Source: an uncultured bacterium
GTDB taxonomy: Bacteria > Krumholzibacteriota > Krumholzibacteriia > LZORAL124-64-63
NCBI GenBank assembly: GCA_963732385.1
Contig: CAVSZB010000003.1
Span: 64,001 to 128,000, forward strand
Direction of reading: 5' to 3'
Length of the DNA: 64,000 nucleotides
A program made the position numbers and the translations under genes. Below the pieces are notes generated by a model that worked only from the letters and a program-made list of their open reading frames with translations, ran no database searches and was not told where the DNA came from. Shown one piece after another: positions 1 through 10,451 of the stretch (position 1 is the stretch's first letter; the number at the start of each line of letters is the position of its first letter).

Positions 1-16
1 GGCAGACGCGGCGGGC

Positions 17-63
17 CGCGCACTTTTTGCTCCCGCAGCAGTCTCTGCAAGGAAGGAGTCCGG
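17..63 (-). repeat. Dispersed ~45-bp repeat, copy A
   Basis: Reverse complement CGGACTCCTTCCTTGCAGAGACTGCTGCGGGAGCAAAAAGTGCGCG aligns with copies at 33417, 33547, 36329 and 61802. Confidence 0.85.
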
Positions 64-239
64 CAGGGGTGTCGCCCGGCAGACCTGCCCGTCACCGCTG
101 GTGCCCGGCACGCCAGCCGGCAAGCCAGCCCGTCACCGGCGCCAGCCTGCAGGCCCGCCCGGCGCCCAAAGGAACGGGCGACCCTCGGGCCGCCCGTCCT
201 CGCATTTGACCGTCCGCGTGATTACGGGCGCGTCGGCGT

Positions 240-2288
240 CTACATCACCGCGGTCGGCGGCGCCGGCTCGTCCGGGTTGCCGGCTTTGCGCAGCGGCATG
301 TTGATCAGGTACCAGCCCAGGAAGGCCAACACCGGCAGCGCCAGCCAGGGGGCCGCCGCGGCCATCGCCTTCACCTGCGGGAAGGTCTTGTCAGGGCGGA
401 TCGCCACGACGGCCGCGATGACGAGACCCATCAGCGCCTCGCCGGCGATCAGGCCGGAGGCGGCCAGAACGCCGGCGTTGTCCACGCGCGCCTTCTGCGC
501 CGGATTGTGGCCACGCTTCTCGCCCGCCTTGTCCACCATCCCCTTGATGACGCCGCCGATGAAGATGGCGAAGGTGGTACCGAGCGGCAGGTACATGCCG
601 ACGGAGAACAGCATCGGGCTGCGGACCTTGATCAGGATCAGCGAGAGGCCCATCGCGATGCCGACGACGACGAGTGGCCAGGCCATCTCGCCGCCGACGA
701 TCCCCTGCGACAGGGCCGCCATCAGGCCGGCCTGCGGCGCCGCGAGCACCTTGCCGCCGAAGCCGCCGGTGGCCGGGTTGCTGGCCAGGTCGGAGGTGTG
801 CAGCAGGTAGAGCGGGAAGAACATCAGCAGTCCGGCCACGCAGACGCCCAGGATATCGCCCACCTGCATCTTCCACGGAGTACCGCCGAGGATGTGCCCC
901 ACCTTGAGGTCCTGGAGCATCTCACCCGCCACGGCCGACGACACGCAGACGACGGCGGCGACGCCGAGCACCGCGGCCACGCCGGCGGTTCCCTTGACGC
1001 CGATGATCACCATCGTCAGGGCGGCCACAATGGTGGTGGCCAGGGTGAGGCCGGAGATCGGGTTGTTCGAGGAGCCGATCATGCCGACCAGATTTCCCGA
1101 GACGGCGGCGAAGAAGAAGCCGGTGATCAGCATGACTATGGCGGCCAGGATCGCGCCGCCGAGCACCTTCGTGAAGTAGAAGTAGAGGGCGACCATCAGC
1201 AGGAAGACCGCCGCGATGCCGACCAGCACGAACTTGAACTGGATGTCCTTGTCGGTGCGGCGGGTGGCCGCGGCCGCGGTGGCCGACTTGCGGACGTCGC
1301 TCACGCCGCGCTGGATTCCCAGCGCCAGGTTCTTGCGCATCTTGTAGAGCGTGTAGGTGGCGCCGACGAGCATGCCGCCCACCGCGATCGGGCGCACGAT
1401 GAAGCGGTAGAGGTGGCCCACCATCGAACCCCAGTCGGTGCCGCCGTCGGTTCCGACGTACTGCGGCGCGAGCTGCGGGCCGAGGAAGAAGATCAGCAGT
1501 GGCACGAACAGCCCCCAGGCGAGCAGCCCGCCCGCGAAGTTGAGCGCGCCAAGCTCCGGCCCGATGATGTAGCCGACGCCGAGGTAGGCCGGCGTGACAT
1601 CGGGAGCGGAGATGCTCGTCACGCCGCCGGCGTCGACCTTGCGCGCCGACGCGTCGAGCCCGAGCCGCACGAAGCTCTCGCGCACCTTGCCGACCGCAAG
1701 GGAGAACTGGTTCGCGGCGGCGAAGATGCCGGCGTCGCCCAGCAGCTTGATGAACGCGCCGATCCCCATCGCGCGGAACAGCTGGGCAGCCGCCTCGGTG
1801 CCGCGCTGTCCCGCCAGATGGATCTCGGAGGCCGCCACCGACTCGGGGAACGGCAGCCCCGGGTCCTCCACCATGACGCGCCGCAGCACCGTCACGAACA
1901 TGATGCCGAGAATGCCGCCCAGGATCATCAGCGCGGACGCGGTCAGGTACTCCTTGAGCATCGACTCCGGATTGAAATTCCAGATCCGCAGGATGACGAA
2001 CGCCGGGATGGTGAACGTCGCCCCAGCCGCCACCGACTCGCCGATCGAGCCGACGGTTCGGGCGAAGTTCTCCTCCAGCAGCGACCCCTTCATCAGCCGC
2101 AACACCGCCATGCCGATGACAGCCGCCGGGTAAGTGGCGGCAATCGTCATGCCGGCGCGCAGCCCCAGGTAGGCATTCGCCGCCCCCAGGATCACGCTCA
2201 TGATCAGGCCGAGCACGAGCGCGCGGACAGTGAACTCGCGCATCGTCGAGTCGGCCGAAACAACAGGCTGGAACGGCTTCTCGCTCAT
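240..2288 (-). CDS. OPT-family oligopeptide transporter
   Basis: Polytopic membrane protein with 'REFTVRAL', 'NAYLGLRAG', 'LPFPES', 'GSSNNPISG', 'QDLKVG' and 'APQAGLM'. Start at MSEKPF after an AAGGAG RBS. Confidence 0.93.
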   Translation of the reverse strand: MSEKPFQPVVSADSTMREFTVRALVLGLIMSVILGAANAYLGLRAGMTIAATYPAAVIGMAVLRLMKGSLLEENFARTVGSIGESVAAGATFTIPAFVILRIWNFNPESMLKEYLTASALMILGGILGIMFVTVLRRVMVEDPGLPFPESVAASEIHLAGQRGTEAAAQLFRAMGIGAFIKLLGDAGIFAAANQFSLAVGKVRESFVRLGLDASARKVDAGGVTSISAPDVTPAYLGVGYIIGPELGALNFAGGLLAWGLFVPLLIFFLGPQLAPQYVGTDGGTDWGSMVGHLYRFIVRPIAVGGMLVGATYTLYKMRKNLALGIQRGVSDVRKSATAAAATRRTDKDIQFKFVLVGIAAVFLLMVALYFYFTKVLGGAILAAIVMLITGFFFAAVSGNLVGMIGSSNNPISGLTLATTIVAALTMVIIGVKGTAGVAAVLGVAAVVCVSSAVAGEMLQDLKVGHILGGTPWKMQVGDILGVCVAGLLMFFPLYLLHTSDLASNPATGGFGGKVLAAPQAGLMAALSQGIVGGEMAWPLVVVGIAMGLSLILIKVRSPMLFSVGMYLPLGTTFAIFIGGVIKGMVDKAGEKRGHNPAQKARVDNAGVLAASGLIAGEALMGLVIAAVVAIRPDKTFPQVKAMAAAAPWLALPVLAFLGWYLINMPLRKAGNPDEPAPPTAVM

Positions 2289-2829
2289 ACGGTCTCCTTC
2301 GGGTCGTGGGGGCGCGGGGCGCGCCGCGCCAGGGAAGCACAGTCGGCTGGACCGGCGGATGATTTTACGGTCCGGGAGAAGGCCCGGCAACCCAAATCGT
2401 CGCACGGAGTTGACGTGCGGCCCCTGCGACGATGATCGATCCAAAGGCGGTGGTTGACCCGCGAGCCCCGCCTGCTCGAGCGCATCCGCTCCGCGATCCC
2501 GGTCCGCCGCGACGGTCAGCGTATCAACCCAAACACAAGCGCTGAGCGCATTTCTGTTCTTCTGCCAGCAGGTGCTCGGCCTGAACATCGGGCGGGCTGG
2601 CGAACTCGCCCGCGCAAAGCTCCCCGAGCGCCCGCTGCCTGTTTACGCCGCTCCCTCCGCGTCGTATCATCTCGAATTCCCTGGGCGAAGGGACACCAAC
2701 AGGCACCCAATCCACCATTTACGGGATACACCCCCGGCCCCGAGCGGCAGATCCGAAAGGGCGATGGGGGATATGTAGCTCCAGATACTTAATTTTGAGC
2801 CTACTTGGAAAATCACGGGGAGTGGCGGC

Positions 2830-3513
2830 ATGTCCATAGAGTTCAACACAACCGCCCGTAGACTTGGGCTAATCTCGGCGGTTGCGACAGCTGTTCTGCT
2901 GGTCGCGTACGCAGTGACGCTGGCAGCCGGGCTGGCAGGGCTTGAATCACCGGATCAGCCGATAAGCGACCCGCTGTTCTCGATCCTCGAAATTCTTATC
3001 ATCGTCATGATGCCGGCGATGGTGGCGCTCATGGTGGCGATCCATGCCTGGGCGCCACAGCCGGTGAAGGTGCTTGGTCTGATCTCCATAGTATTTATGG
3101 GCCTGCTCGCAGGCCTGACCTGTAGCCTCCACTTTGTCCTATTGACCCTAAGCCGCCAGGCCATCTTCGTCGAAAATTCGTGGCTGCCCCTGTTTATGTC
3201 GTTCAAGTGGCCATCGGTCGCATATTCACTAGACATACTCGGCTGGGACATCTTCTTTGCGCTTTCGATGTTGTTCGCCGCCCCTGTCTTCAGCGGGAGC
3301 CGATTGGCCGTTTGGGTCCGTGTGACCATGATCGCCAGTGGAGTGCTCGCGCTAGCCGGTTTGATTGGCGTTGCTCTTGGGGATATGCAAGTGCGGAACA
3401 TCGGCATTCTGGGGTACGTGGGGGTGTTTCTGATCGTTTGTGTTTTGCTGGCGCGCCTCTTCTATCGGGCCACGCCAGGCGGCCTGGCAGGTGAAGCCAG
3501 GGTTGGACATTAA
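2830..3513 (+). CDS. Hypothetical multi-pass membrane protein (lower GC, cassette-like)
   Basis: 227 aa with about 6 hydrophobic helices; atypical codon usage. Confidence 0.75.
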   Translation: MSIEFNTTARRLGLISAVATAVLLVAYAVTLAAGLAGLESPDQPISDPLFSILEILIIVMMPAMVALMVAIHAWAPQPVKVLGLISIVFMGLLAGLTCSLHFVLLTLSRQAIFVENSWLPLFMSFKWPSVAYSLDILGWDIFFALSMLFAAPVFSGSRLAVWVRVTMIASGVLALAGLIGVALGDMQVRNIGILGYVGVFLIVCVLLARLFYRATPGGLAGEARVGH

Positions 3514-3526
3514 GCAGGAAGTGTCC

Positions 3527-4180
3527 ATGGTAGGAGTAGGGCGCGGGACGTCCAACAAGATATCACAGGGAGCAGCATTGCGCAGAATCGCGCAAGCGGC
3601 AATTATTGCCATTGTGCTTGCGGCATCTGTTGCGCGAGCCCAGGTCATCAGTATCGAATACGACGTGAATACGCCCGCGTATACGGGGCCACAAGATTCG
3701 GACCACGAGCAGTATGCGACCGACCCGGGCGTTTCGCTGAGGATCGGGTGGCTGTCAAGGCGGTATGCCGCCAGCGAAAAGGGAAATCGCTGGAGCCTGT
3801 TTTTAGGACACCAGGCGCATGATACAATCTGGCAAACCAGCAACACGTACACAGCAAAGAACACGGCCACCACGATCGAGCTCGGACATGATTGGCGTAT
3901 CTACGCACGCGCACGGCTAATTATATCTGCGGGAGCCTCTGCCGGGCTGATCCTGGTATCCAGCAAGAGCATCTACTCGGGAGAATGTGACTCGCCATTT
4001 TGCAATCTGCCTGATGGCGGATGGCAGTTGTCCGGATACAGTAAGTGCGAGGTTCCCATCTCTTCGGAATTCGGCATGATGCTCGGTATTCGAGGACGTT
4101 TGATGGGCCCAGGTCGTGAGGAGGTGTTTCCGTTTGCGCCCGGCCCCATCTTCTCGATCGGCCTGCAGTTTGCACAGTGA
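3527..4180 (+). CDS. Hypothetical secreted protein, possibly an outer-membrane beta-barrel
   Basis: Signal-like segment 'AAIIAIVLAASVARA', alternating beta-strand pattern, C-terminal 'FSIGLQF'. Start uncertain. Confidence 0.6.
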   Translation: MVGVGRGTSNKISQGAALRRIAQAAIIAIVLAASVARAQVISIEYDVNTPAYTGPQDSDHEQYATDPGVSLRIGWLSRRYAASEKGNRWSLFLGHQAHDTIWQTSNTYTAKNTATTIELGHDWRIYARARLIISAGASAGLILVSSKSIYSGECDSPFCNLPDGGWQLSGYSKCEVPISSEFGMMLGIRGRLMGPGREEVFPFAPGPIFSIGLQFAQ

Positions 4181-4229
4181 TGGTATTCGCCCGACACCTG
4201 CTCCTGCTGGGTGTAGGGCTTGGGCAGCA

Positions 4230-4595
4230 TTAAAGCCGATCAAATTTACTTTTGGTAATTTCCGATTTCACCTTTCCGGTGTGGGCAATTCCCGAAGGCT
4301 CGAACAACATCAGCCTTACGTGGCCTTGAGGAACGACCCGATGCTCCACGCCTCTCGGGACAATGTAGAACTCACCGGATCGGAGTACCGTTGTCTTTTC
4401 CCTTTCGAGAATGTCCAATATTCCATCCAATACGAGAAACATTTCATCCTCTTTGGCGTGGGCATGCCACGGCACCTTGTCACCCTCTACCCGGACGACC
4501 AAGACAAACTGTCCATTGAGTTCACCAACGATTTTGGGTGAATACGTATCGTTGAAGCGCTCGAAACATCTGTCGAGATTAACGACCTCCGACAT
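4230..4595 (-). CDS. Cupin-domain protein
   Basis: 'WHAHAKEDEMFLVLDG' and 'GEFYIVPRGVEHR' cupin motifs; GGAGG RBS. Confidence 0.9.
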   Translation of the reverse strand: MSEVVNLDRCFERFNDTYSPKIVGELNGQFVLVVRVEGDKVPWHAHAKEDEMFLVLDGILDILEREKTTVLRSGEFYIVPRGVEHRVVPQGHVRLMLFEPSGIAHTGKVKSEITKSKFDRL

Positions 4596-4769
4596 TGCTT
4601 CCTCCTGTTGCATTAATTCCTCTAAGCTGCGGTCCGGACTGGCGCGGGCGCCGGCCTGCGCCGTAAAGGGCCAGAGCGGACGGCTTCATCGGGCATCCGG
4701 GCCGGGCGCCTTTTCCGGCCGGCGCCCAGGGGCCTCGCGATATTCAATCGCTTTCGAATCACTGACGAC

Positions 4770-6968
4770 TCAGCGGGGCCGCGACAGGGTATCGACGGTG
4801 TCGCGACGGTCGCCGAGCAGGTGGTCGGCGAAGTACTCAAGGATCACGCTGTACAGGTAGCGCCAGTCGCCCAGGCCGTGGCCGGCGCCGGGGATGATCA
4901 GCATGTCGAAGCGCTTGCCCGCCCGGACGAAGGCGTCCGCCATCCGCATGGCGTGCAGGGGGTGGACGAATTCGTCCGCCTCGCCGTTGATCATCAGCAG
5001 GTGGCCCGCCAGCCGGTCGGCGAGCTCGGCGTTTCCCGGCGCGGGCCCGCATTCCCAGCGGGCCACGCCGTCCCGATCGACGGCCTGAGTCACGCCGGCG
5101 TAGCGCTCGGCCCAGACGTTGTAGTAGGCCGCCGGATCGTTCGGCGCGGTCATCGCCACGCCGACCTTGAAGAAGTCGGGGTGCTCGAGCATGGCGCTGA
5201 TCGTCATGTAGCCGCCGGACGAACCGCCGAAGATGCCGACCCGGTCCAGGTCGATCCACGGAAAGCGCGCGCCCAGCTGTTCGATGACTGCGCGCTTGTC
5301 GGCCAGGCCGTAGCCGCGGAAGTCGTCGCGGCCGTATTCGCGGTACTCGCGGGACCGCTCGAACGTCCCGCCCCGGTTGCCGAACCGGACGACCACGAGT
5401 CCCAGCTGCGCCAGGTAGCCCTCGCCGGTGACCGGGCTGAACGACCACGGCACGTACTCGCCCTGGCGGCCAGGGTAGACCCGGGTCACCAGGGGGTAGC
5501 GACGCGCGGGGTCGAAATCGAACGGCAGGTAGATCAGCCCCCACAGTTCGGTCTTCCCGTCGGCCGCCAGCGCCGTGAACGGGCGGGGCGGCCGGTACCC
5601 GGCGGCCTCGAGCGCGGCGGTGTCGGCCCGGCGCAGCTCGAGGAGCAGGCGGCCGTCGGCGTTGCGCAGCATCGACCGGTACGGCTGATCGGGCCGGGAC
5701 CAGTTGTCCACGAAACAGCGGTGATCGGGCGAGAAGGCGATCTCGTGGAAGCCATCCTCGGGGGTCAGCAGTCTGACGCCCCCGCCCGCCAGGCTGGCCC
5801 GGTACAGGAATTGGTAGTAGGGATTGATCCCCTTCTCCCGGCCAGCCCCCATGAAGTACACCAGGCCACGCTTCCGGTCCACGTCCACCACGTCCAGCGC
5901 GTTCCAGTCGCCGGTGCTCAGCGGACGCAGGGCGCCGCCCGGCTCCAGCCGGCACCAGTGTCCCCAGCCGGTACGCCGGGACCACCAGAGCAGCGACGTC
6001 CCCGCCTCGTTCAGCAGGACGGGGGGGCGGGTGTACACCTGATCATCCATCCGTTCCTCGACGAGGGTGCGCACCCGGCCGGTCGTCGCCTCGACGGCGC
6101 AAAGATCGACCATCCGGAAGTCGCGGCTGCGCCGCTCGAACAGCAGCGTCCGGCCATCCCCGCTCCAGCACAGGGTTTCGTGGAACATCGAAGTCAGGTC
6201 CTGGTCCGGCCAGCGCCCGGTCTCCAGCCGCAGCAGGGAGGGGTCGTCCACCGCGCAGATCCACAGCTCGTAGCGGGACACCGGCTCGCCGGGAAAGGGG
6301 TACTTGAGGGTTTTGAGAGTGGGCCGTGGCGTGGCCAGATGATCGATCCACCAGAGGTCGGCAACCTGCGAGTTGTCGCACCTGAGGAACGCGAATCGGC
6401 GGGAGTCGGGCGACCAGACAACCTCGGGCGCTCTCGGCACGTTGCTGTCGCCGGAGTGCACGACCGGATCGGTGCCGATCGTGTAGTCGCTGCGTCCGTC
6501 GGCGGTGAGGCGGGTTTCCCGCCCGGGATCCCCTGTCGCGACGAGGTACAGATCGTTGCCGCGGACATACACGGCCCGGGAGCCGTCCGGAGAGCGGCTC
6601 CAGTAATCAGGAACGCCGTCGGCGGGGGGCGCATCCGCCGGAGATTCGGCGGCCGGGGCGTCGATCGGCTGCTGGCGACCGCGGTGGGAATCCACCCGCC
6701 AGGACCGCGTGGAGTCCCCGGCTCCGACCGCGTAGCTGAACCCCGACCCGTCGGCGTCCCAGACCGGCTCGACCGTGAGGGTGCCCAGACGATCGGAGGT
6801 CTGGCCAGGATCCCAGCGAGCGGCGAGCTCCCAGTTCGCGCCGGTGACCGGCGCCGTAGCCTGGTCCCCACCTCCGATCGCCATGGGCGGGAGCGCCATG
6901 AACATGAGCGCCGCCATCCACCCGCAGATGGATTCCGATCTTCGCCGGCATGCCGCTATCCCGTTCAT
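4770..6968 (-). CDS. S9/DPP-IV family peptidase, secreted
   Basis: Beta-propeller N-terminus (WSPDS repeats), nucleophile 'GGSSGG', 'GEADEFV' and 'GAGHG' triad motifs. Confidence 0.9.
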   Translation of the reverse strand: MNGIAACRRRSESICGWMAALMFMALPPMAIGGGDQATAPVTGANWELAARWDPGQTSDRLGTLTVEPVWDADGSGFSYAVGAGDSTRSWRVDSHRGRQQPIDAPAAESPADAPPADGVPDYWSRSPDGSRAVYVRGNDLYLVATGDPGRETRLTADGRSDYTIGTDPVVHSGDSNVPRAPEVVWSPDSRRFAFLRCDNSQVADLWWIDHLATPRPTLKTLKYPFPGEPVSRYELWICAVDDPSLLRLETGRWPDQDLTSMFHETLCWSGDGRTLLFERRSRDFRMVDLCAVEATTGRVRTLVEERMDDQVYTRPPVLLNEAGTSLLWWSRRTGWGHWCRLEPGGALRPLSTGDWNALDVVDVDRKRGLVYFMGAGREKGINPYYQFLYRASLAGGGVRLLTPEDGFHEIAFSPDHRCFVDNWSRPDQPYRSMLRNADGRLLLELRRADTAALEAAGYRPPRPFTALAADGKTELWGLIYLPFDFDPARRYPLVTRVYPGRQGEYVPWSFSPVTGEGYLAQLGLVVVRFGNRGGTFERSREYREYGRDDFRGYGLADKRAVIEQLGARFPWIDLDRVGIFGGSSGGYMTISAMLEHPDFFKVGVAMTAPNDPAAYYNVWAERYAGVTQAVDRDGVARWECGPAPGNAELADRLAGHLLMINGEADEFVHPLHAMRMADAFVRAGKRFDMLIIPGAGHGLGDWRYLYSVILEYFADHLLGDRRDTVDTLSRPR

Positions 6969-7025
6969 TTCTTTTCATCATCCCGGGGAATTCCGTGAAT
7001 TGCCACAGACGCCACACCCAATGAA

Positions 7026-7388
7026 TCAGACCAGTGATGGGCGATCTATTGCGAGTAGCTGGCACCCTCTGATTGATCGTCTGCTGTGAATCCAGCGTGG
7101 AACTCCCCTTCGCTGGTATTCCGGCAATACCGACACAGGCCCCAGCCCGTACCAATTCTGGGAACCGTCGGAAATCGTCAGCGGAGAGAATGCAATATGT
7201 CCTATTACTCGCCCATCCACTTCTGCTACGAGCGAGACCGTGAGCGCCCTGGCAGCACGCAGTGCGGCAATAATGAATTGCTCCGTATGATTGCTGATTG
7301 CCAGAGTATTGAAAGCAGCGATCGTGACCTCGGCGATGGCGCTGACATCGGCGCTCGTTTCACTTCTGATCAGCACCTTGTTCATCAT
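7026..7388 (-). pseudogene. Truncated YhbS-like GNAT N-acetyltransferase
   Basis: 'IRSET..D', 'VIGHIAFSP', 'GLGPVSVLPEYQRRG', then the sequence leaves the family pattern at about 7105; the C-terminal part is absent. Confidence 0.7.
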
Positions 7389-7421
7389 GCGACTGATTCC
7401 TCTTCTGCCTGGGGATCGCGA

Positions 7422-10166
7422 CTACGGTCGCGCTACGCGTCCCTCCACATCCACGGTGACCGGCTCCGAAATTCCCGCCGTCTTCAACTGCGGCAGCACC
7501 GTGGCGCGGTCGCCCACCAGCACGATCATCATGTCGTCCCACGTGAACAGGCCGCTGACCGCGAGGGCATTGACCTGCTCGGGGGTCACGATCGCCAGCG
7601 CGTCGATGTCGCGGCCCAGCGAATCGACCGGGCGGCCGTTGTTGGCGAAGTCGACCACCGCGGCGGTCAGCCCGCCCACGGTCTCTGCGTTTTCGACGAA
7701 GTTGCGGCGGGTGGTGCGGATTGACTTGGCGACTTCGGGGGCCTCCACGCCGCCGCCGGCCAGTTTCTGGAACTCGTTGCGGAACTCGGTCAGGGCGGCT
7801 CCGGTGACTGTTGTCTGGACCGAGGAAGAGGCGATGAAGGCGGTTCGGGAGCCGTCGTGGACGAAGGCGCTGCGGGCTCCATAGGTGTAACCGTTCTTCT
7901 CGCGCAGGTTCTGCATGAGGCGGCTGGTGAAGCTGCCGCCGAACAGGGTGTTGACGCAGGCGCGGGTGGCGCGGTCGGGGCCTTCGGCGGGGGGGACGGT
8001 GCGCAGCAGATAGATCACGGTCTGGGGGGCGCCGGGGCGATCCACCATCGCCACGCGGGTGGTGGCGGGGGCGGGGGGGGCGACGGGGGGCAGGGCGGCG
8101 CCGCCGCCGGAGCCTTTCCACTTGCCGAAGCGCCCGGACAGGGCCGCTTCGAGCTGGGCGCGCGTGCAGTCGCCGGCGAAGACGAAGCGGGCGCGCGACG
8201 GGTCGAGCAGGCGCGAGGCGGCGCTCTTCACGTCGGCCGGGGTGATCGCCTCGACCGTTGCCTCGTAGCCTTCGACGGGGCGGCCGCGGGGGTCGTCGCG
8301 ACCGTAGAGCAGGGCGCCGCCAGCGAGGCGGGCCACGGCGGCGGGCTCGTCGGAGCGGGCGGCGATGCGGGCCTTGAGCATTCCCTTTTCGCGGTTGAAG
8401 TCGGGGTCGGCAAGGTTGGGGTGCAGGATGGCGTCGGCGAACAGGTCGAGCGTCGGCTCGAGGCGCGAGACGAGACCGTGCACCGTAACCGAAGTGCTTT
8501 CGCGGCCCGGCTGGGCGGTGACGCGAGCGCCGAGCGCTTCGACGGCGGCGGCGTAACCGGTGGCGTCCTTGCCGGCGGCGCCGCAGGTGAGCAGGGTGGC
8601 AGTGAGTGCGCCGAGGCCCGCCTTGTCGGCCGGGAGGAGACGCTCTCCGCCTGACGCGAGCAGCGTACCGGCGAAGAGGCCCGAGCCGGGGCGGGGGAGG
8701 AAGTCGACGGCGATACCGTTGGGCAGCTTGAAGCTCTCCACCTCGGGAGCAGTGAACGGGCGCGGCGCGAACAGTTCCGGCTTCTGGTCGAGATTCGCGT
8801 CAGCAACGGCGGCGTCGACCGGCAGAACCCGCAGGTCGGCGCGACCGGGGCCGAAGACGGCGCGCACGGCGTCGCGCACGGCGGCCGGGGTGAGAGCGGT
8901 GTAGCGCGCGAGGTCCTGGGCGAAGCCGTCGGCGCGGCCGAAGTAGTGGTAGTAGTCGGTCATGGCGAGGGAGCGGCCGAGCACGCTCTGGGCGCGCTGA
9001 CGGAAGCCGGCCTCGAACTGCGCCTGCAGGCGGGCCAGCTCCTCGGTCGTGGGGCCGTCGCGCGCGAGGTCGGCGAGCACGGCTAGCGTCTCGCGCTTGA
9101 TCTCCTCGAGGTCGGCGCCGGGAGCCGCGGTGATCTCGATCTGGAAGAGTGAGCCGAGTTCGCGGTCGTCCACGTAGGCGGCCACCTCCTGCGCGAGCTG
9201 GCGGTCGAGCTTGAGTCGGCGGTCGAGGCGGGCCGACGGGCTTCCGGCCAGGATGCGTCCGGCGAAATCCATGGCAGCGCTTCCGTCGGCGTAGGCGGCC
9301 GGGGCGTGCCACGTCAGGTACAGCTTCGGGAACTCCACCTTGTCGGTGATGAGGCGGCGCACCTCGGCGCGCATCGTGTACGGCTCCACGACGGCGTGCT
9401 GCGGCACCGGCCGCGCCGGCACGGCGCCGAACGTCGCCTCGATCGCCGCGCGCGCCTGCGCCGGGTCGAAGTCTCCCGCCACGACGGTGATCGCGTTGGC
9501 CGGCACGTACCAGGTGTCGAAGAAGTCCTTCACGTCCTGCAGCGTGGCGGCCTGCAGATCCTCGTGCTTCCCGATGACCGCGTGGTAATAGGGATGTCCG
9601 GCGGGCCAGAGCATCTCCGGCAGGACCAGCTCGGCGGCGCCGTACGGCGCGTTCTCGTACGACTGGCGGCGCTCGTTGCGCACGACGCTGCGCTGCAGAT
9701 CGACCTTCTCCTGTGTCATGTTCTCGCCGAGCGCCTGGAGGCGGTCGGCGTCGAGCCAGAGCAGCGTGGGCAGCGTCTCGGCCGGTCCGAAGCTGTAATA
9801 TCCGGTGCGGTCGGTAGAGGTGAAAGCGTTGTTCTCCGCCCCCTCCGATTCCATGATCATGTCGAACTGGTTGCCGGGCACCCGCTTCGTGCCCATGAAC
9901 ATCAGGTGCTCGAAGAGGTGCGCGAAGCCGGTGCGCCCCGGCGCCTCGTCCTTCGCTCCCACGCCGAAGCGGGTGGCGATCACCGCGACCGGCAGCCGGT
10001 GGTCCTCCTGCAGGATGACCGTCAAGCCGTTGGGCAGGGTGAAGGTCGTGGTGGGGAAGGGGGTCGCGCCGGCGGGCGGAGCGGCCGGGGCGGCGCTGAC
10101 AGCGCTGACAGCGCTGGCGATCAGGATCATCGCCAGGGCGGCCGGAAGTCGGGCGGTACGGGACAA
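7422..10166 (-). CDS. M16 (pitrilysin/PqqL-like) zinc protease with signal peptide
   Basis: HxxEH 'AHLFEHLMF', 'LPNGL', 'RLMQNLREKNGYTYG'. Confidence 0.93.
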   Translation of the reverse strand: MSRTARLPAALAMILIASAVSAVSAAPAAPPAGATPFPTTTFTLPNGLTVILQEDHRLPVAVIATRFGVGAKDEAPGRTGFAHLFEHLMFMGTKRVPGNQFDMIMESEGAENNAFTSTDRTGYYSFGPAETLPTLLWLDADRLQALGENMTQEKVDLQRSVVRNERRQSYENAPYGAAELVLPEMLWPAGHPYYHAVIGKHEDLQAATLQDVKDFFDTWYVPANAITVVAGDFDPAQARAAIEATFGAVPARPVPQHAVVEPYTMRAEVRRLITDKVEFPKLYLTWHAPAAYADGSAAMDFAGRILAGSPSARLDRRLKLDRQLAQEVAAYVDDRELGSLFQIEITAAPGADLEEIKRETLAVLADLARDGPTTEELARLQAQFEAGFRQRAQSVLGRSLAMTDYYHYFGRADGFAQDLARYTALTPAAVRDAVRAVFGPGRADLRVLPVDAAVADANLDQKPELFAPRPFTAPEVESFKLPNGIAVDFLPRPGSGLFAGTLLASGGERLLPADKAGLGALTATLLTCGAAGKDATGYAAAVEALGARVTAQPGRESTSVTVHGLVSRLEPTLDLFADAILHPNLADPDFNREKGMLKARIAARSDEPAAVARLAGGALLYGRDDPRGRPVEGYEATVEAITPADVKSAASRLLDPSRARFVFAGDCTRAQLEAALSGRFGKWKGSGGGAALPPVAPPAPATTRVAMVDRPGAPQTVIYLLRTVPPAEGPDRATRACVNTLFGGSFTSRLMQNLREKNGYTYGARSAFVHDGSRTAFIASSSVQTTVTGAALTEFRNEFQKLAGGGVEAPEVAKSIRTTRRNFVENAETVGGLTAAVVDFANNGRPVDSLGRDIDALAIVTPEQVNALAVSGLFTWDDMMIVLVGDRATVLPQLKTAGISEPVTVDVEGRVARP

Positions 10167-10305
10167 GTCGGGCCTCCTCGGGTGCGGTGGGGCGGTGGCA
10201 GGCGGCCCGCAGGCACGCCGGAGAACAAGATAGGCGCGATCCTACGGGAAAGTCAGCCTCGACGTTGCGTTGCCCGGGCTTCCCGGCCCACTGGTCGAGC
10301 CACGC

Positions 10306-10349
10306 CAAAAAAGGAGGCGGCCGACCCCTCGCTCGGGCCGGCCGCCTGG
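10306..10349 (-). terminator. Intrinsic terminator downstream of sppA
   Basis: Minus strand GGCGGCCGGCCC-loop-GGGTCGGCCGCC followed by TCCTTTTTT. Confidence 0.7.
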
Positions 10350-10451
10350 GTGCGCCCACTGTTGGGGGCTGGGGCGCTGGGACTGAGTGGAACCAACCGA
10401 CAGGAGGAGTCCATGAGAGATTCAAGCGCTCCATCTTCTACGAAGGAACGG

